A stretch of 64,000 nucleotides of DNA. Source: Candidatus Eiseniibacteriota bacterium (lineage in GTDB: Bacteria; Eisenbacteria; RBG-16-71-46). Under the pieces are notes generated by a model that did not search any database, was not told where the DNA came from, and saw nothing but the letters and a program-made list of their open reading frames with translations. The stretch is from NCBI GenBank assembly GCA_963744995.1, contig CAVUWA010000002.1:768001-832000 (forward strand), read 5' to 3'. Shown piece by piece: positions 17,711 through 26,838 of the stretch (the first letter of the stretch is position 1; the number at the start of each line of letters is the position of its first letter). Made by a program: the position numbers and the translations under genes.

Positions 17711-18881
17711 GGACGAACGCCGCGATCGGCCCGAAGACGAAAGCGCGGACGCGGCGCCCCGCGAAGCGGAGGCCCCGGCCGGAACGCCGCATCCGGCCGA
17801 AGGCGGGAGCGCGGAAGGCGACGCTCGATCCGCGGACCCGGAAGACGATGCTCGATCCACCGGCCCGGCCGAGACTCCTCAGGCGCCGCCGTCCCCGCCG
17901 GGTGATTCTGAACCGCCATCAGGCGACGCCGGTTCCGCCACGGGGGGCCACGAAGCCGCCGCGGATGGCGACGAAGCGCCCGCAGACACCACGGCGCCGC
18001 CGCCCGCCCCGCCCGCGCGTCACGCCGCGTGGCACGAAGAGCCCGCGGAAGTGCCGCGGGAGGTCCCCGGGAGCCGCCTGCGCGCGCAGTCGCGCCGCGA
18101 CTTCCTGATCTTCGCCGCCGGGGTCGCCGCGAGCGCGGCGGGCGCGTGGTGGCTGCTGCCCTCGCGCACGAAGCGGAACCTGCTCCCCGGCGCGCACGAC
18201 CGGCTCGACACGCTGGCGGCGCGCCTCGGGCTCACCAACGACCGCGCCGAGGGCGTGCTGGATCGCGCGCTCGACTTCGACGATGACGTCGCCGAAGCGC
18301 TCTATTCGAAGGATCGCCGGGTCCGGACCTACTCCAGATCCGACGCCCGGCCGCTGCGCAACAACTACAACGGCATGACGCCCGGACCCGAATATCTGAA
18401 CGGCTGGAAGCTGGAGGTGGCGGGCCTCGCCTCGGGGCGGATCGAGCGACTGGACGTCGACGCGCTGCTCTCCGCGCTCCAGTTCCGCGATCAGGTGACG
18501 CGGCTCGTGTGCGTCGAAGGCTGGAGCGGGGTGGCATGGTGGGGTGGGGTGCGCTTCGCCGACTTCCTCGACGCGTTCCCGCCCGCACCGGGCGCGCGCT
18601 GGGCTTCGCTCCGCTCGGCCGTCAACCTCGACGGCCGCGGCCGGCCCGATCCGTACTACGTCTCGATCGACCTGGCGACCGCGCGCCATCCGCAGACACT
18701 GCTCGCCACCCACCATGCCGGCCGGCCGCTCACCCTCGCGCACGGCGCGCCGCTGCGGCTGCTGGCGCCGATGAAGCTCGGACTGAAGAACATCAAGGCG
18801 ATCACCTCGATCACCTACTCGGCGTCCGAACCGCGCGACTACTGGAACGAGCGCGGCTACTCGAAATACGACGGCCTGTAG
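17703..18881 (+). CDS. Molybdopterin oxidoreductase of the sulfite oxidase/MsrP family with long N-terminal extension
   Basis: SRRDFL twin-arginine motif, Mo-ligand CVEGWS, HPQTLLA...LTLAHGAPLRL.APMKLGLKNIK, YWNERGYS; overlaps the cytochrome b stop. Confidence 0.9.
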   Translation: MSEDERRDRPEDESADAAPREAEAPAGTPHPAEGGSAEGDARSADPEDDARSTGPAETPQAPPSPPGDSEPPSGDAGSATGGHEAAADGDEAPADTTAPPPAPPARHAAWHEEPAEVPREVPGSRLRAQSRRDFLIFAAGVAASAAGAWWLLPSRTKRNLLPGAHDRLDTLAARLGLTNDRAEGVLDRALDFDDDVAEALYSKDRRVRTYSRSDARPLRNNYNGMTPGPEYLNGWKLEVAGLASGRIERLDVDALLSALQFRDQVTRLVCVEGWSGVAWWGGVRFADFLDAFPPAPGARWASLRSAVNLDGRGRPDPYYVSIDLATARHPQTLLATHHAGRPLTLAHGAPLRLLAPMKLGLKNIKAITSITYSASEPRDYWNERGYSKYDGL

Positions 18882-18898
18882 CCGGGCGACCTTCGCGC

Positions 18899-18941
18899 CC
18901 TTCGTGCCGCCGCGGGCGCGGCGGGCTCGGATGCACGAAGG
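18899..18941. terminator. Hairpin between convergent oxidoreductase and glpK
   Basis: CCTTCGTGC...GCACGAAGG enclosing CGCCGCG/CGCGGCG. Confidence 0.4.
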
Positions 18942-18960
18942 CCCCGGCCGGGAGCCGCCG

Positions 18961-20469
18961 CTACCAGTCGGTCACCAGCGTCCGCACCGCATCCTGCCAG
19001 CGCGCGTACTCGGCGTCGCGCCATTTGCGCGTGCGCTTCGGCTTGAACACGCGCTCGATCGCCCGCGCCCGGTCGAGCTCGCGATGCGACGACCAGAACC
19101 CGGTGGCAAGGCCGGCGAGCAGTCCCGCGCCGAGCGCGGTGGTCTCGATCACCCGCGGCCGCTCGACGCGCATGCCGAGTACGTCGGCCTGGTACTGCAT
19201 GAGGAAGTCATTCGCGGCCGCGCCGCCGTCCACGCGCAGCCGCTTCATGCGCGAGCGGATCCGCCGCGTGCCGACGTCGCGCTTCATCGCGGTCACCAGG
19301 TCGCGCGACTGGAACGCGAGGGATTCGAGCGTCGCGCGGACGATCTGCGCGCGCGTCGTCCCGCGCGTGAGCCCGAGCAGCGCGCCGCGCACGTCGGGGC
19401 GCCAGTAGGGCGCGCCGAGCCCGACGAACGCCGGCACCATCACGACGCCGCCGCTGTCGGGCACGGACTTCGCCAACGCCTCGCTCTCGGCGGCGCTGTT
19501 CAGCAGGCCCAGTCCATCGCGCAGCCACTGGATCGCGGCGCCCGCCATGAACACGCTGCCTTCGATCGCGTACGTCGCTTCGCCGCGCGGCCCGCAGGCG
19601 ACGGTGGTCACGAGTCCCGAGCGCGAGTCCACGCGCTCGGCGCCGGTCTGCAGCAGGAAAAAGCAACCGGTGCCGTAGGTGTTCTTCGAATCGCCCGGCG
19701 TCACGCAGCCCTGGCCGAACATCGCAGCCTGCTGGTCGCCCGCGATGCCGGCGATCGGAATCCCGTCCGGCAGGCCGGGCACGCGCCGCGTCCTGCCGAA
19801 GTCGCCGCTCGAGGGCCTCACCTCGGGCAGCATGTCGAACGTGACGCCGAAGCGGTCGAGCAGCACCGGGTCCCACTGCAGGCGGCCGATGTGATAGAGC
19901 ATCGTGCGCGACGCGTTGGTCGGATCGGTGACGTGCAGCGCGCCGCCGGTGAGCTTCCACACCAGCCAGCTGTCCACGGTGCCGAACGCGAGCCGCTTCC
20001 GGCGCCGCAGGCTCTTCGCGCCGGGCACGTGCCGCAGCATCCATTCGACCTTGGTCGCCGAGAAGTACGGGTCGATCACCAGTCCGGTGCGGGCGCGGAT
20101 GCCCGAGGCCTGGCCGGCGCGGCGCAGCGCGCGGCAGCGCTCGGCGGTGCGCCGGTCCTGCCAGACGATCGCCGGCGCCACCGGCCGGCCCGTCGTTCGA
20201 TCCCAGAGCACAGTGGTCTCGCGCTGGTTGGTGATGCCGATCGCGGCGACCCGCGCCGCCGGCGCGCGCGCGCTCCGCAGCCCCCGCCGCACCGCGGCGA
20301 CCACACTCGCCCAGATCGCGGCCGCGTCGTGCTCGACCCATCCGGGCCTGGGGTAGCGCTGCGGCAGCTCGGCGTAGCCGCGCCCGCGCACGCGACCGCC
20401 GCGATCGATCAGCAATGCGGTCGACCCGGTCGTGCCCTGATCGATGGCCAGGACGAGAGTGGGCTTCAT
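18961..20469 (-). CDS. glpK: Glycerol kinase
   Basis: LAIDQGTTGS, GITNQRETTVLW, AIVWQDRRT, DPYFSATK, TDPTNASRT, GDQQAAMFGQ, KNTYGTGCF, RVDGGAAANDFLMQ. Confidence 0.97.
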   Translation of the reverse strand: MKPTLVLAIDQGTTGSTALLIDRGGRVRGRGYAELPQRYPRPGWVEHDAAAIWASVVAAVRRGLRSARAPAARVAAIGITNQRETTVLWDRTTGRPVAPAIVWQDRRTAERCRALRRAGQASGIRARTGLVIDPYFSATKVEWMLRHVPGAKSLRRRKRLAFGTVDSWLVWKLTGGALHVTDPTNASRTMLYHIGRLQWDPVLLDRFGVTFDMLPEVRPSSGDFGRTRRVPGLPDGIPIAGIAGDQQAAMFGQGCVTPGDSKNTYGTGCFFLLQTGAERVDSRSGLVTTVACGPRGEATYAIEGSVFMAGAAIQWLRDGLGLLNSAAESEALAKSVPDSGGVVMVPAFVGLGAPYWRPDVRGALLGLTRGTTRAQIVRATLESLAFQSRDLVTAMKRDVGTRRIRSRMKRLRVDGGAAANDFLMQYQADVLGMRVERPRVIETTALGAGLLAGLATGFWSSHRELDRARAIERVFKPKRTRKWRDAEYARWQDAVRTLVTDW

Positions 20470-21914
20470 GACACCTCCCGCGAACGGTTGAGAACGCGCT
20501 CCTCTTCGTAGAGCAGCGCTTCGTACGCCTGCACCTCGCGCTTCACGCGCTCCGCGCTCCAGCCTAGCTGGCGCGCCATCACCTCGGCGGTCACCGATGC
20601 CGCGGCGCGGCCGCGGTCCGGATCCAGCCACCACGCCGTGCGGCGCCGCACCACGTCCTCGATGCGGCGGGCAAACGATACATCCATCGCGTGGCGGACG
20701 ATCGCCTCGCGATCACTGCCGGCGGCAGGCTCGGGCGGCAGCGGATCTTCGGTGTCGTTCGGTTTCGTGCCCGGACGGCCCAGCCGCAGGAACACCTGCG
20801 CGAGCGTGTCATGCGCCATCACGCGGAACGTCGTGTACTTGCCTCCCGCGATGGTGATCACGCCGTCCTCGTCGCGCACCACGTGCTCGCGCGAAGCGCG
20901 GCCGACCTGCTCGGACGAGGCGATCAGGGGCCGCACGCCGGAGAGCACCGCATGCGGCGCCGTGCCCGCGAGTCCCGGCAGGGCACGGGCGAGCGATTCG
21001 CGCAGGTAGCGGATTTCTTCGGCCGTCGGCAGCGCGGCGTCAGGGGAGATCGGCGAAGGGACTTCGATCTCGGTGGTACCGACCAGCGAGTGACCCTCGA
21101 ACGGCACGACGAAGAACACGCGGCCGTCGGCGGGCGAGGTGAGCAGCAGGCCGCGGCCGCGCGTGAGCTCCGGATAGACGAGGTGGACGCCCCGCGAAGG
21201 CCTGAGCATCGGTGCGGGGTCCGGCGCGCCGGGCTTCAGGGCGTTGGTGAGGCGCGTGCGCGTGGCGTCGGTCCACGGCCCGGTGGCGTTCACGACGACG
21301 GTCGCGGAGAAAGTCCGCTCGCCGCCGTCGAGCGCGTCGCGCGCGATGACCTCGAAGCCCCCGGCCGCGCCCGGGCGCGCGCCGATCACTTCGGTCCACG
21401 GGTGGATCGACGCGCCGTGCATCGCCGCGTCGCGGGCGACCGCGATGCCGATGCGGGCGTCGTCCATGACCGCGTCCGAGTAGAGACCGGCGCCGCGCAG
21501 TCCGTCCCGCGCCAGCTCGGGTTCGAGCGAAAGCGCGTCCCTGCGGGCCACGAAGGCGTGCGGTGCAAACCCGCTGCCGCCGGCGAGCCAGTCGTAGAGC
21601 TGCAGTCCGGCCCGCAGCCGCCAGCGGCCGAAGCGGCCGCCGCGGTAGATCGGCACCATGAAACGCCTGGGCTTCGCCAGGTGCGGCGCCATGTGCGAGA
21701 CCGCGGCGCGCTCTTCGAGCGCTTCGCGTACCAGAGCGAACCGCCCGTGCTCGAGATAGCGCAGCCCCCCGTGCAGCATGTGGCTCGACACGCTGCTCGC
21801 GCCGCTCATCAGGTCGGCGCGCTCGAGCAATGCGACCGTGAGGCCGTTGCGGGCGGCGAGACGCGCGATGCCGGCGCCGGTAATGCCGCCACCGATGACG
21901 ATCAGGTCGAGCAT
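20466..21914 (-). CDS. glpD: FAD-dependent glycerol-3-phosphate dehydrogenase
   Basis: IGGGITGAGIA, SSHMLHGGLRYLE, DDAR, VNATGPW, GVRPL, GGKYTTFR; 4-bp overlap with glpK. Confidence 0.95.
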   Translation of the reverse strand: MLDLIVIGGGITGAGIARLAARNGLTVALLERADLMSGASSVSSHMLHGGLRYLEHGRFALVREALEERAAVSHMAPHLAKPRRFMVPIYRGGRFGRWRLRAGLQLYDWLAGGSGFAPHAFVARRDALSLEPELARDGLRGAGLYSDAVMDDARIGIAVARDAAMHGASIHPWTEVIGARPGAAGGFEVIARDALDGGERTFSATVVVNATGPWTDATRTRLTNALKPGAPDPAPMLRPSRGVHLVYPELTRGRGLLLTSPADGRVFFVVPFEGHSLVGTTEIEVPSPISPDAALPTAEEIRYLRESLARALPGLAGTAPHAVLSGVRPLIASSEQVGRASREHVVRDEDGVITIAGGKYTTFRVMAHDTLAQVFLRLGRPGTKPNDTEDPLPPEPAAGSDREAIVRHAMDVSFARRIEDVVRRRTAWWLDPDRGRAAASVTAEVMARQLGWSAERVKREVQAYEALLYEEERVLNRSREVS

Positions 21915-21942
21915 GCGGCGGAAGATAGCATTGGAGCCGGTC

Positions 21943-21971
21943 TTGACCCGCCCGAAGGCCGCGACTAGCCT
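21943..21971 (+). promoter_or_regulatory. Putative sigma70-type promoter
   Basis: TTGACC-N17-TAGCCT about 80 nt upstream of the ORF at 22053. Confidence 0.5.
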
Positions 21972-22052
21972 CCTTTCATCCTATCCGGGAGGCAGGCCCT
22001 CGGCTGGCGCCCGTCAGGAGGCCGTTCCCCCGGGATCCCAGGGGGCGCTCGC

Positions 22053-22496
22053 ATGACCGCAGACGAGCGCAACGAGGCGGATGCTGCAGTCCGAGCGTCG
22101 CCGGCCGGGTCACCACCGGCCGGGACGGTGACGCCCGAGGAGCAGGAACGCATCTACCAGGCGGGCTTCGATGCTGCGATGGTCTGGCAACTCGGCCTGT
22201 GGCTGCCCGCGGCGGTGGTGGTGACGTTCCTTCCACTCGTCGGGATCGTCGGTCTCGTGGGGTACTTCCTGCTGCTGGTCGCGGTGCCCGGGATGGCCCT
22301 GCGCTGGCGTCTCAAGTACGGCCGACTGAGCCCCCGGGATCCGGACATCCTGGATGCCAGGGACAAGGTGCTCCGCGCCACCGTGCTCTGGGCGATCTTC
22401 GGCGTCCTGACGGTGTTCTTCGTCATTGTCTACGTGGGTCTCCTGCTCCATTCGTACCCTCCGGGCGGCCCGGCTTCCGGACACGGGATGGACTAG
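22053..22496 (+). CDS. Hypothetical membrane protein (about 3 TM)
   Basis: Hydrophobic segments WQLGLWLPAAVVVTFLPLVGIVGLVGYFLLLV and LWAIFGVLTVFFVIVYVGLLL. Confidence 0.7.
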   Translation: MTADERNEADAAVRASPAGSPPAGTVTPEEQERIYQAGFDAAMVWQLGLWLPAAVVVTFLPLVGIVGLVGYFLLLVAVPGMALRWRLKYGRLSPRDPDILDARDKVLRATVLWAIFGVLTVFFVIVYVGLLLHSYPPGGPASGHGMD

Positions 22497-22588
22497 GCGT
22501 GAAGCTCGGGCCGGCGACGGGCCGGGCCGCGCGGCGATCCGATTCGATCATGCGCGGCCACGGGCACGACGCCCGTGAAGGAGGGCTC

Positions 22589-23125
22589 GTGGTGACCGAA
22601 GATGGCGTGATTCCGAACGGAATCATGCGGCGGATCCTCTCCGGGTACCGTCTTCCCGTGATGGGCATCCATGGCGTGCCGCACTGGGGACGGGTGCTGG
22701 AGAACGGGGCGCGGCTCGCGGCACGCACGGGCGCCGACGCGGCCGTGGTGAGCCTGTTTTCGGTCTTTCACGATGCCCGGCGCCGGAGCGAGGGGCACGA
22801 TCCCGAACACGGACGTCGCGGCGCCGCACTGGCGAGCCAGCTCGCGCCCCTGCTGGGCCTGACGGATCCGCAGCTCGAGCAGCTCGTGCACGCCTGTGCC
22901 CACCACGCCGACGGCACCACGCAGGGCGACGCGACGGTGCAGACCTGCTGGGATGCAGATCGGCTGGACCTGTGGCGGGTCGGCATCACGCCCGGGGCCC
23001 GGTGGCTGTGCACCGACGCCGCGCGCGACGCGGCGATGCTCGAGTGGGCCCGGGTCCGGAGCATCGGCGATCACTTCCCCGGATGCGCGGCGGCGTGGCT
23101 GCAGGAGATCCACCCGGCCGAGTGA
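22589..23125 (+). CDS. HD-superfamily metal-dependent phosphohydrolase-like protein
   Basis: AGGAGG before GTG; IHGVPHWGRV, FHDARR, DPEHG, CAHH, TCWDADRLDL. Confidence 0.8.
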   Translation: MVTEDGVIPNGIMRRILSGYRLPVMGIHGVPHWGRVLENGARLAARTGADAAVVSLFSVFHDARRRSEGHDPEHGRRGAALASQLAPLLGLTDPQLEQLVHACAHHADGTTQGDATVQTCWDADRLDLWRVGITPGARWLCTDAARDAAMLEWARVRSIGDHFPGCAAAWLQEIHPAE

Positions 23126-23177
23126 TCACGCTGCACGATCGGGGTCGGGGCGGTTCGTGGCGCCGGGCGCCTGGCGA

Positions 23178-24506
23178 TCAGTGCGTCGAGGGGGGCGGCG
23201 CGCCGGACGTCGCCGCGGCGCGCGTCGCGTCGTCGAGCACTGCGGGGAGGTCGATGCGCTGTGCGCCGTCGAGCCGGGCGAGGGCGTCGTCGAAGAACCC
23301 CTGCTTCATCAGATGTTCGTCTAGGAACGCCCGGATGGTGTCGCAGATGAGCCGGTGCGCATGCGCCTCCTCGGCGGACGCGCCGCCCGGATTCAGGAAG
23401 CAGGCGTCGGTGATGCTCCCGGGGCGCGTGCCGGCGAGCCGCACGATGCGCGGATCACGGAACGCGTCGAGGTGGCGGCGTGCGAACGCGGTGTGATCGC
23501 CGCGCGGGCTGCCCTCGGAGAGCAGCACGAGCAGCGGCTTGTCGCATGGCGCCGCCGGGCTGCCGACGGCAGACAGACCGGAACGCGTCCAGCCGTAACC
23601 GTCGAGCGAGATCGCGGCGCTGAAGAAACGGTAGGTGTACGCGCTGCGCACGGCGGCCATGCCGCCCATCGTGTGGCCGGCGACCGCGATGCGGGTGAGA
23701 TCCATCTCGCGGGCGAGACGCCGCACGTTGACGCGGCGGTCTCCGGCCATACGGGGCAGCATCCGCGCGACGAACGCCTGGTCGTCGGCCATCGTGGCGA
23801 TGCCCTCCTGCACGCGTTCGTCCATCCGGTCGGCGTCGAGCCCCATCATGCCCGGCATGCTCTCCGAGAAATCGACCGTGCCGCCGTCGTCGAACGCGAC
23901 GCCCGGACCCCAGTGCGGGTGGTCGATCATGCCGACCACGTAGCCGTGGCTCGCCAGCTCTTCGGCGAGCGCGGTATAGAGGATGCGCGAGCTGTTCATG
24001 CCGTGCGAGAACAGCACGACCGGATGCGAGGAGTCGGCGGCCGCGGCGGCGACTTCGAGCGCCGCGTGGGTCGGCATCGTCGGGAACGGCCGCGACCAGT
24101 AGCGGTCGAGGCTCGAGCGCAACTGCGGATAACGCAGCACGTAGGGCGCCGGCACGCGCAGCGGCATCGCTTCGGCCGGGTACCAGAACTGCACGACCAG
24201 ACGGCGGCGGTCGTTCGGATCCTCCGTCCACGTTTCCTCGCGCTCGGAGTCGGTCCAGTCCATCACCAGCGTGCCGATCGTCCACGGGCCGTCGGGTGCG
24301 GGAAGGCTCGGCACCGAGGTGAGCCGGGTGGCGGCCGGAGCCGGAGTTGCATCCCGGGAAGTCGTCGCATGCGCCGGGTCCGCGGGAGCGAGGGTGGGGT
24401 GTGCACAGAGCAGCGCCAGCGCCAGCATCGCGGCCCGAAGGCACGGACACACGGCGCGCGGATCGAGGGGGCGGCCGTCCATCCGGAACTTTGGAGCGTT
24501 GCGCAT
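23178..24506 (-). CDS. PAF-acetylhydrolase-like exported alpha/beta hydrolase, catalytic residues altered (start uncertain: 24506 or 24428)
   Basis: LPAPDGPWTIGT, RRLVVQFWYPA, PVVLFSHG, ELASHGYVV.IDHP, GHTMGG, AISLDG. Confidence 0.85.
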   Translation of the reverse strand: MRNAPKFRMDGRPLDPRAVCPCLRAAMLALALLCAHPTLAPADPAHATTSRDATPAPAATRLTSVPSLPAPDGPWTIGTLVMDWTDSEREETWTEDPNDRRRLVVQFWYPAEAMPLRVPAPYVLRYPQLRSSLDRYWSRPFPTMPTHAALEVAAAAADSSHPVVLFSHGMNSSRILYTALAEELASHGYVVGMIDHPHWGPGVAFDDGGTVDFSESMPGMMGLDADRMDERVQEGIATMADDQAFVARMLPRMAGDRRVNVRRLAREMDLTRIAVAGHTMGGMAAVRSAYTYRFFSAAISLDGYGWTRSGLSAVGSPAAPCDKPLLVLLSEGSPRGDHTAFARRHLDAFRDPRIVRLAGTRPGSITDACFLNPGGASAEEAHAHRLICDTIRAFLDEHLMKQGFFDDALARLDGAQRIDLPAVLDDATRAAATSGAPPPSTH

Positions 24507-24594
24507 CGACGAAAAGGGTACCGGCAACCGGCGCGGTGGAGCAACGGCGCTCTCGTGGCGGTGGCGGTCCGGGCCCCGGACGGCGCGGCGCCGG

Positions 24595-24942
24595 TCAGAA
24601 CAGGTCGTCGAACGGGTCCTTTGCCCCACGCGGCTTCCAGCCGTAGCGGTCGAGCGCGATCCGGCCGCCCTGATCGAAGCGCACGCCCTCGGCTTCGAGC
24701 AGGCGCCGCTGGCGAATCTCGTCGTCGGGATCGGCGCGGCGGCTGATCGCCCCCTTCGCGTTCACGATCCGCTGCCAGGGAATGCGGAGGCCCTTCGGGG
24801 TCGAGTTGAGCGCGTAGCCGACCCTTCTGGCGGCGCCCGGAATCCCCGCGAGCGTCGCGATCTGCCCGTAGGTGGCGACGCGCCCCCGTGGCACGCGTTT
24901 CACAACCGCGTAGATCCTGGCGTACGTTTCCGAAACCTGCAT
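24595..24942 (-). CDS. MGMT-family alkyltransferase-like (ATL) protein
   Basis: VPRGRVATYGQIA, ARRVGYAL, PWQRIVN (Trp at the active-site Cys position), QRRLLEAEGV. Confidence 0.9.
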   Translation of the reverse strand: MQVSETYARIYAVVKRVPRGRVATYGQIATLAGIPGAARRVGYALNSTPKGLRIPWQRIVNAKGAISRRADPDDEIRQRRLLEAEGVRFDQGGRIALDRYGWKPRGAKDPFDDLF

Positions 24943-25039
24943 GGCGTCACTCTGCCGCCGCGAATCCGGAATCGCAACCGGAGCGGCGCCGGAGTTGCGC
25001 CCGTTGGACGTTCCTTCAACGATCCGGAGTCCATCCATC

Positions 25040-26068
25040 ATGGAATATCGTCCGCTCGGCCGTTCCGGCCTGAAAGTCTCCGCAGTGTCCCTGGGCTCGT
25101 GGACCACCTTCGGTGGCTACGTCGACGAAGGCGACTCGGTCGCGATCGTGCGACGCGCATTCGAGCTCGGCGTCAACCTGTTCGATACCGCCGACGTCTA
25201 CGTGCGCGGCGGCGCGGAAGCGGTGCTCGGTCGTGCGCTGGAGGGCCTGCCGCGCGAGCAGATCGTGATCGCGACCAAGGTGATGGGCCGCGTGTGGGAC
25301 GGGCCGCTGGGAGCGGGCCTGTCGCGCAAGCACATCTTCGACGCGATGGACCAGAGCCTCAGGCGCCTCAAGGTGGACTACGTGGACCTCTACCAGGCCC
25401 ACGCGCCCGACAAGGACACCCCGATCGAGGAGACGCTCGAGGCGTTCGAGGATCTGGTGCGGATGGGCAAGGCGCGCTACGTCGGGTTCTCGAACTTCGA
25501 TCACCAGCCGCCGCTCGCACGCCGTGCGGTCGCCTACCAGAAGCGCCGCGGCTGGTCGACGTTCATTTCGAGCCAGCCGCGGCTCAACATGCTCGACCGC
25601 CACGTCGAGAAGGAGCACGTCGCGTTCTGTCGCACGAACGGCATCGGCATGATCGTCTACTCGCCGCTCGCGCAGGGCGTGCTCACGAACAAGTACGCCG
25701 GTGGCGAAATCCCCGAAGGCAGCCGCGCGACCACGCAGTTCAAGCACTTCGTGCTCGACAACGACAACGCGATCACGCCCGGCAACATCGCCGCCGCCGA
25801 ACGTCTCGACGTCTGGGCGAAGCAGAAAGGTCTCGCCGGCGCCGCCGAGGCCGCGCTTGCCTGGGTGCTGAGCCGCCCGCAGCTGTCGAGCGCGATCGTC
25901 GGCGCGACCCGCATGGAACAGCTCGAGGCGAACGTGAAGGCCGCCGAGGTGAAGCTGTCCGCGGCGGAATGGAAGGAGGCCGAACAGGCGGTGCGCGGTC
26001 CGGTCGCGGCGAAGCAGAAGTCGGCCTCGAAGAAGGCGGCCAAGAAGAAGGGAGGACGCGGGCGCTGA
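25040..26068 (+). CDS. Aldo/keto reductase (Kv-beta/Tas-like)
   Basis: MEYRPLGRSGLKVS, FDTADVY, ATKV, SLRRLKVDYVDLYQAH, GFSN, YSPLAQGVLT. Confidence 0.95.
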   Translation: MEYRPLGRSGLKVSAVSLGSWTTFGGYVDEGDSVAIVRRAFELGVNLFDTADVYVRGGAEAVLGRALEGLPREQIVIATKVMGRVWDGPLGAGLSRKHIFDAMDQSLRRLKVDYVDLYQAHAPDKDTPIEETLEAFEDLVRMGKARYVGFSNFDHQPPLARRAVAYQKRRGWSTFISSQPRLNMLDRHVEKEHVAFCRTNGIGMIVYSPLAQGVLTNKYAGGEIPEGSRATTQFKHFVLDNDNAITPGNIAAAERLDVWAKQKGLAGAAEAALAWVLSRPQLSSAIVGATRMEQLEANVKAAEVKLSAAEWKEAEQAVRGPVAAKQKSASKKAAKKKGGRGR

Positions 26069-26134
26069 GGCGATCGCGCCGGCTCCCTCGCGCAAGAGGC
26101 CGGGGCCGCGCCCGCCCGCCGGGCCCGCCGGGAC

Positions 26135-26620
26135 ATGCATTCGACTCGAATCGTCCGCCGTATCCGCGCGCCACGCGAAGCCGTTTACCGCGCGATCCTG
26201 GACCGGGACGCGGTGGCGAGGTGGAAGGTGCCCGACGGCATGACCTGTGACGTGCTTGCGTTCGATGCGAGGGCAGGCGGGGCGTTCCGGGTGTCGCTGC
26301 GCTACGATGCGCCGACCGCGGCCGGAAAGACCTCCGCCGGCACCGACACTTATCACGGCCGCTTCGTCGAGCTCGTTCCGAACGAGCGGGTCGTCGAGGT
26401 GGACGAGTTCGAGACGGACGATCCCGCCATGCAGGGCGCCATGACGATCACGATCACGCTGGCCGACGCGGAAGACGGCACCGAACTCGTGGCGATCCAC
26501 GACGGACTGCCGCGCGGCGTGCCGCCGCGCGACAACGAGGCCGGCTGGCGGATGGCGCTCGACCGACTCGCAGCGCTGGTCGAGACGCGGCCCGCCGGTC
26601 GCGGGGGAAACCAGCGATGA
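26135..26620 (+). CDS. SRPBCC/AHSA1 domain protein
   Basis: IRAPREAVYRA...W, DARAGGAFR, GRFVELVPNERVV, GWRMALDRLAALVE. Confidence 0.9.
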   Translation: MHSTRIVRRIRAPREAVYRAILDRDAVARWKVPDGMTCDVLAFDARAGGAFRVSLRYDAPTAAGKTSAGTDTYHGRFVELVPNERVVEVDEFETDDPAMQGAMTITITLADAEDGTELVAIHDGLPRGVPPRDNEAGWRMALDRLAALVETRPAGRGGNQR

Positions 26621-26838
26621 GCCTGGTCAACGCCGCCTGGCACGCGAAACATCCCATGCCGCGGCCCGCGACGCTCGACCAGCGGGTGCGGTGGCACGTC
26701 GCGCACACGCGCGCCTGTGGATGCAGGGAGATGCCTGCATCGATCGTGCGGGAGCTGCGGGCGAGAGGGATGACGGTGCCCGCGCGGCGGCGGCCCCGCG
26801 ACCCGAGGCGCCGGCGGGGTCCCGGAGCACCTGGATGA
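26617..26838 (+). CDS. Small His/Cys-containing hypothetical protein
   Basis: ATGA overlaps with both neighbours; WHAKHPMP..ATLDQRVRWHVAH..ACGCREMP. Confidence 0.7.
   Translation: MSLVNAAWHAKHPMPRPATLDQRVRWHVAHTRACGCREMPASIVRELRARGMTVPARRRPRDPRRRRGPGAPG

Noticed and set aside
21975..22052. SAM-I riboswitch (starts CTATCC...GAGG)
   Set aside because: Lacks the GCAACC and GTGC core and the closing GAT of P1; too short.
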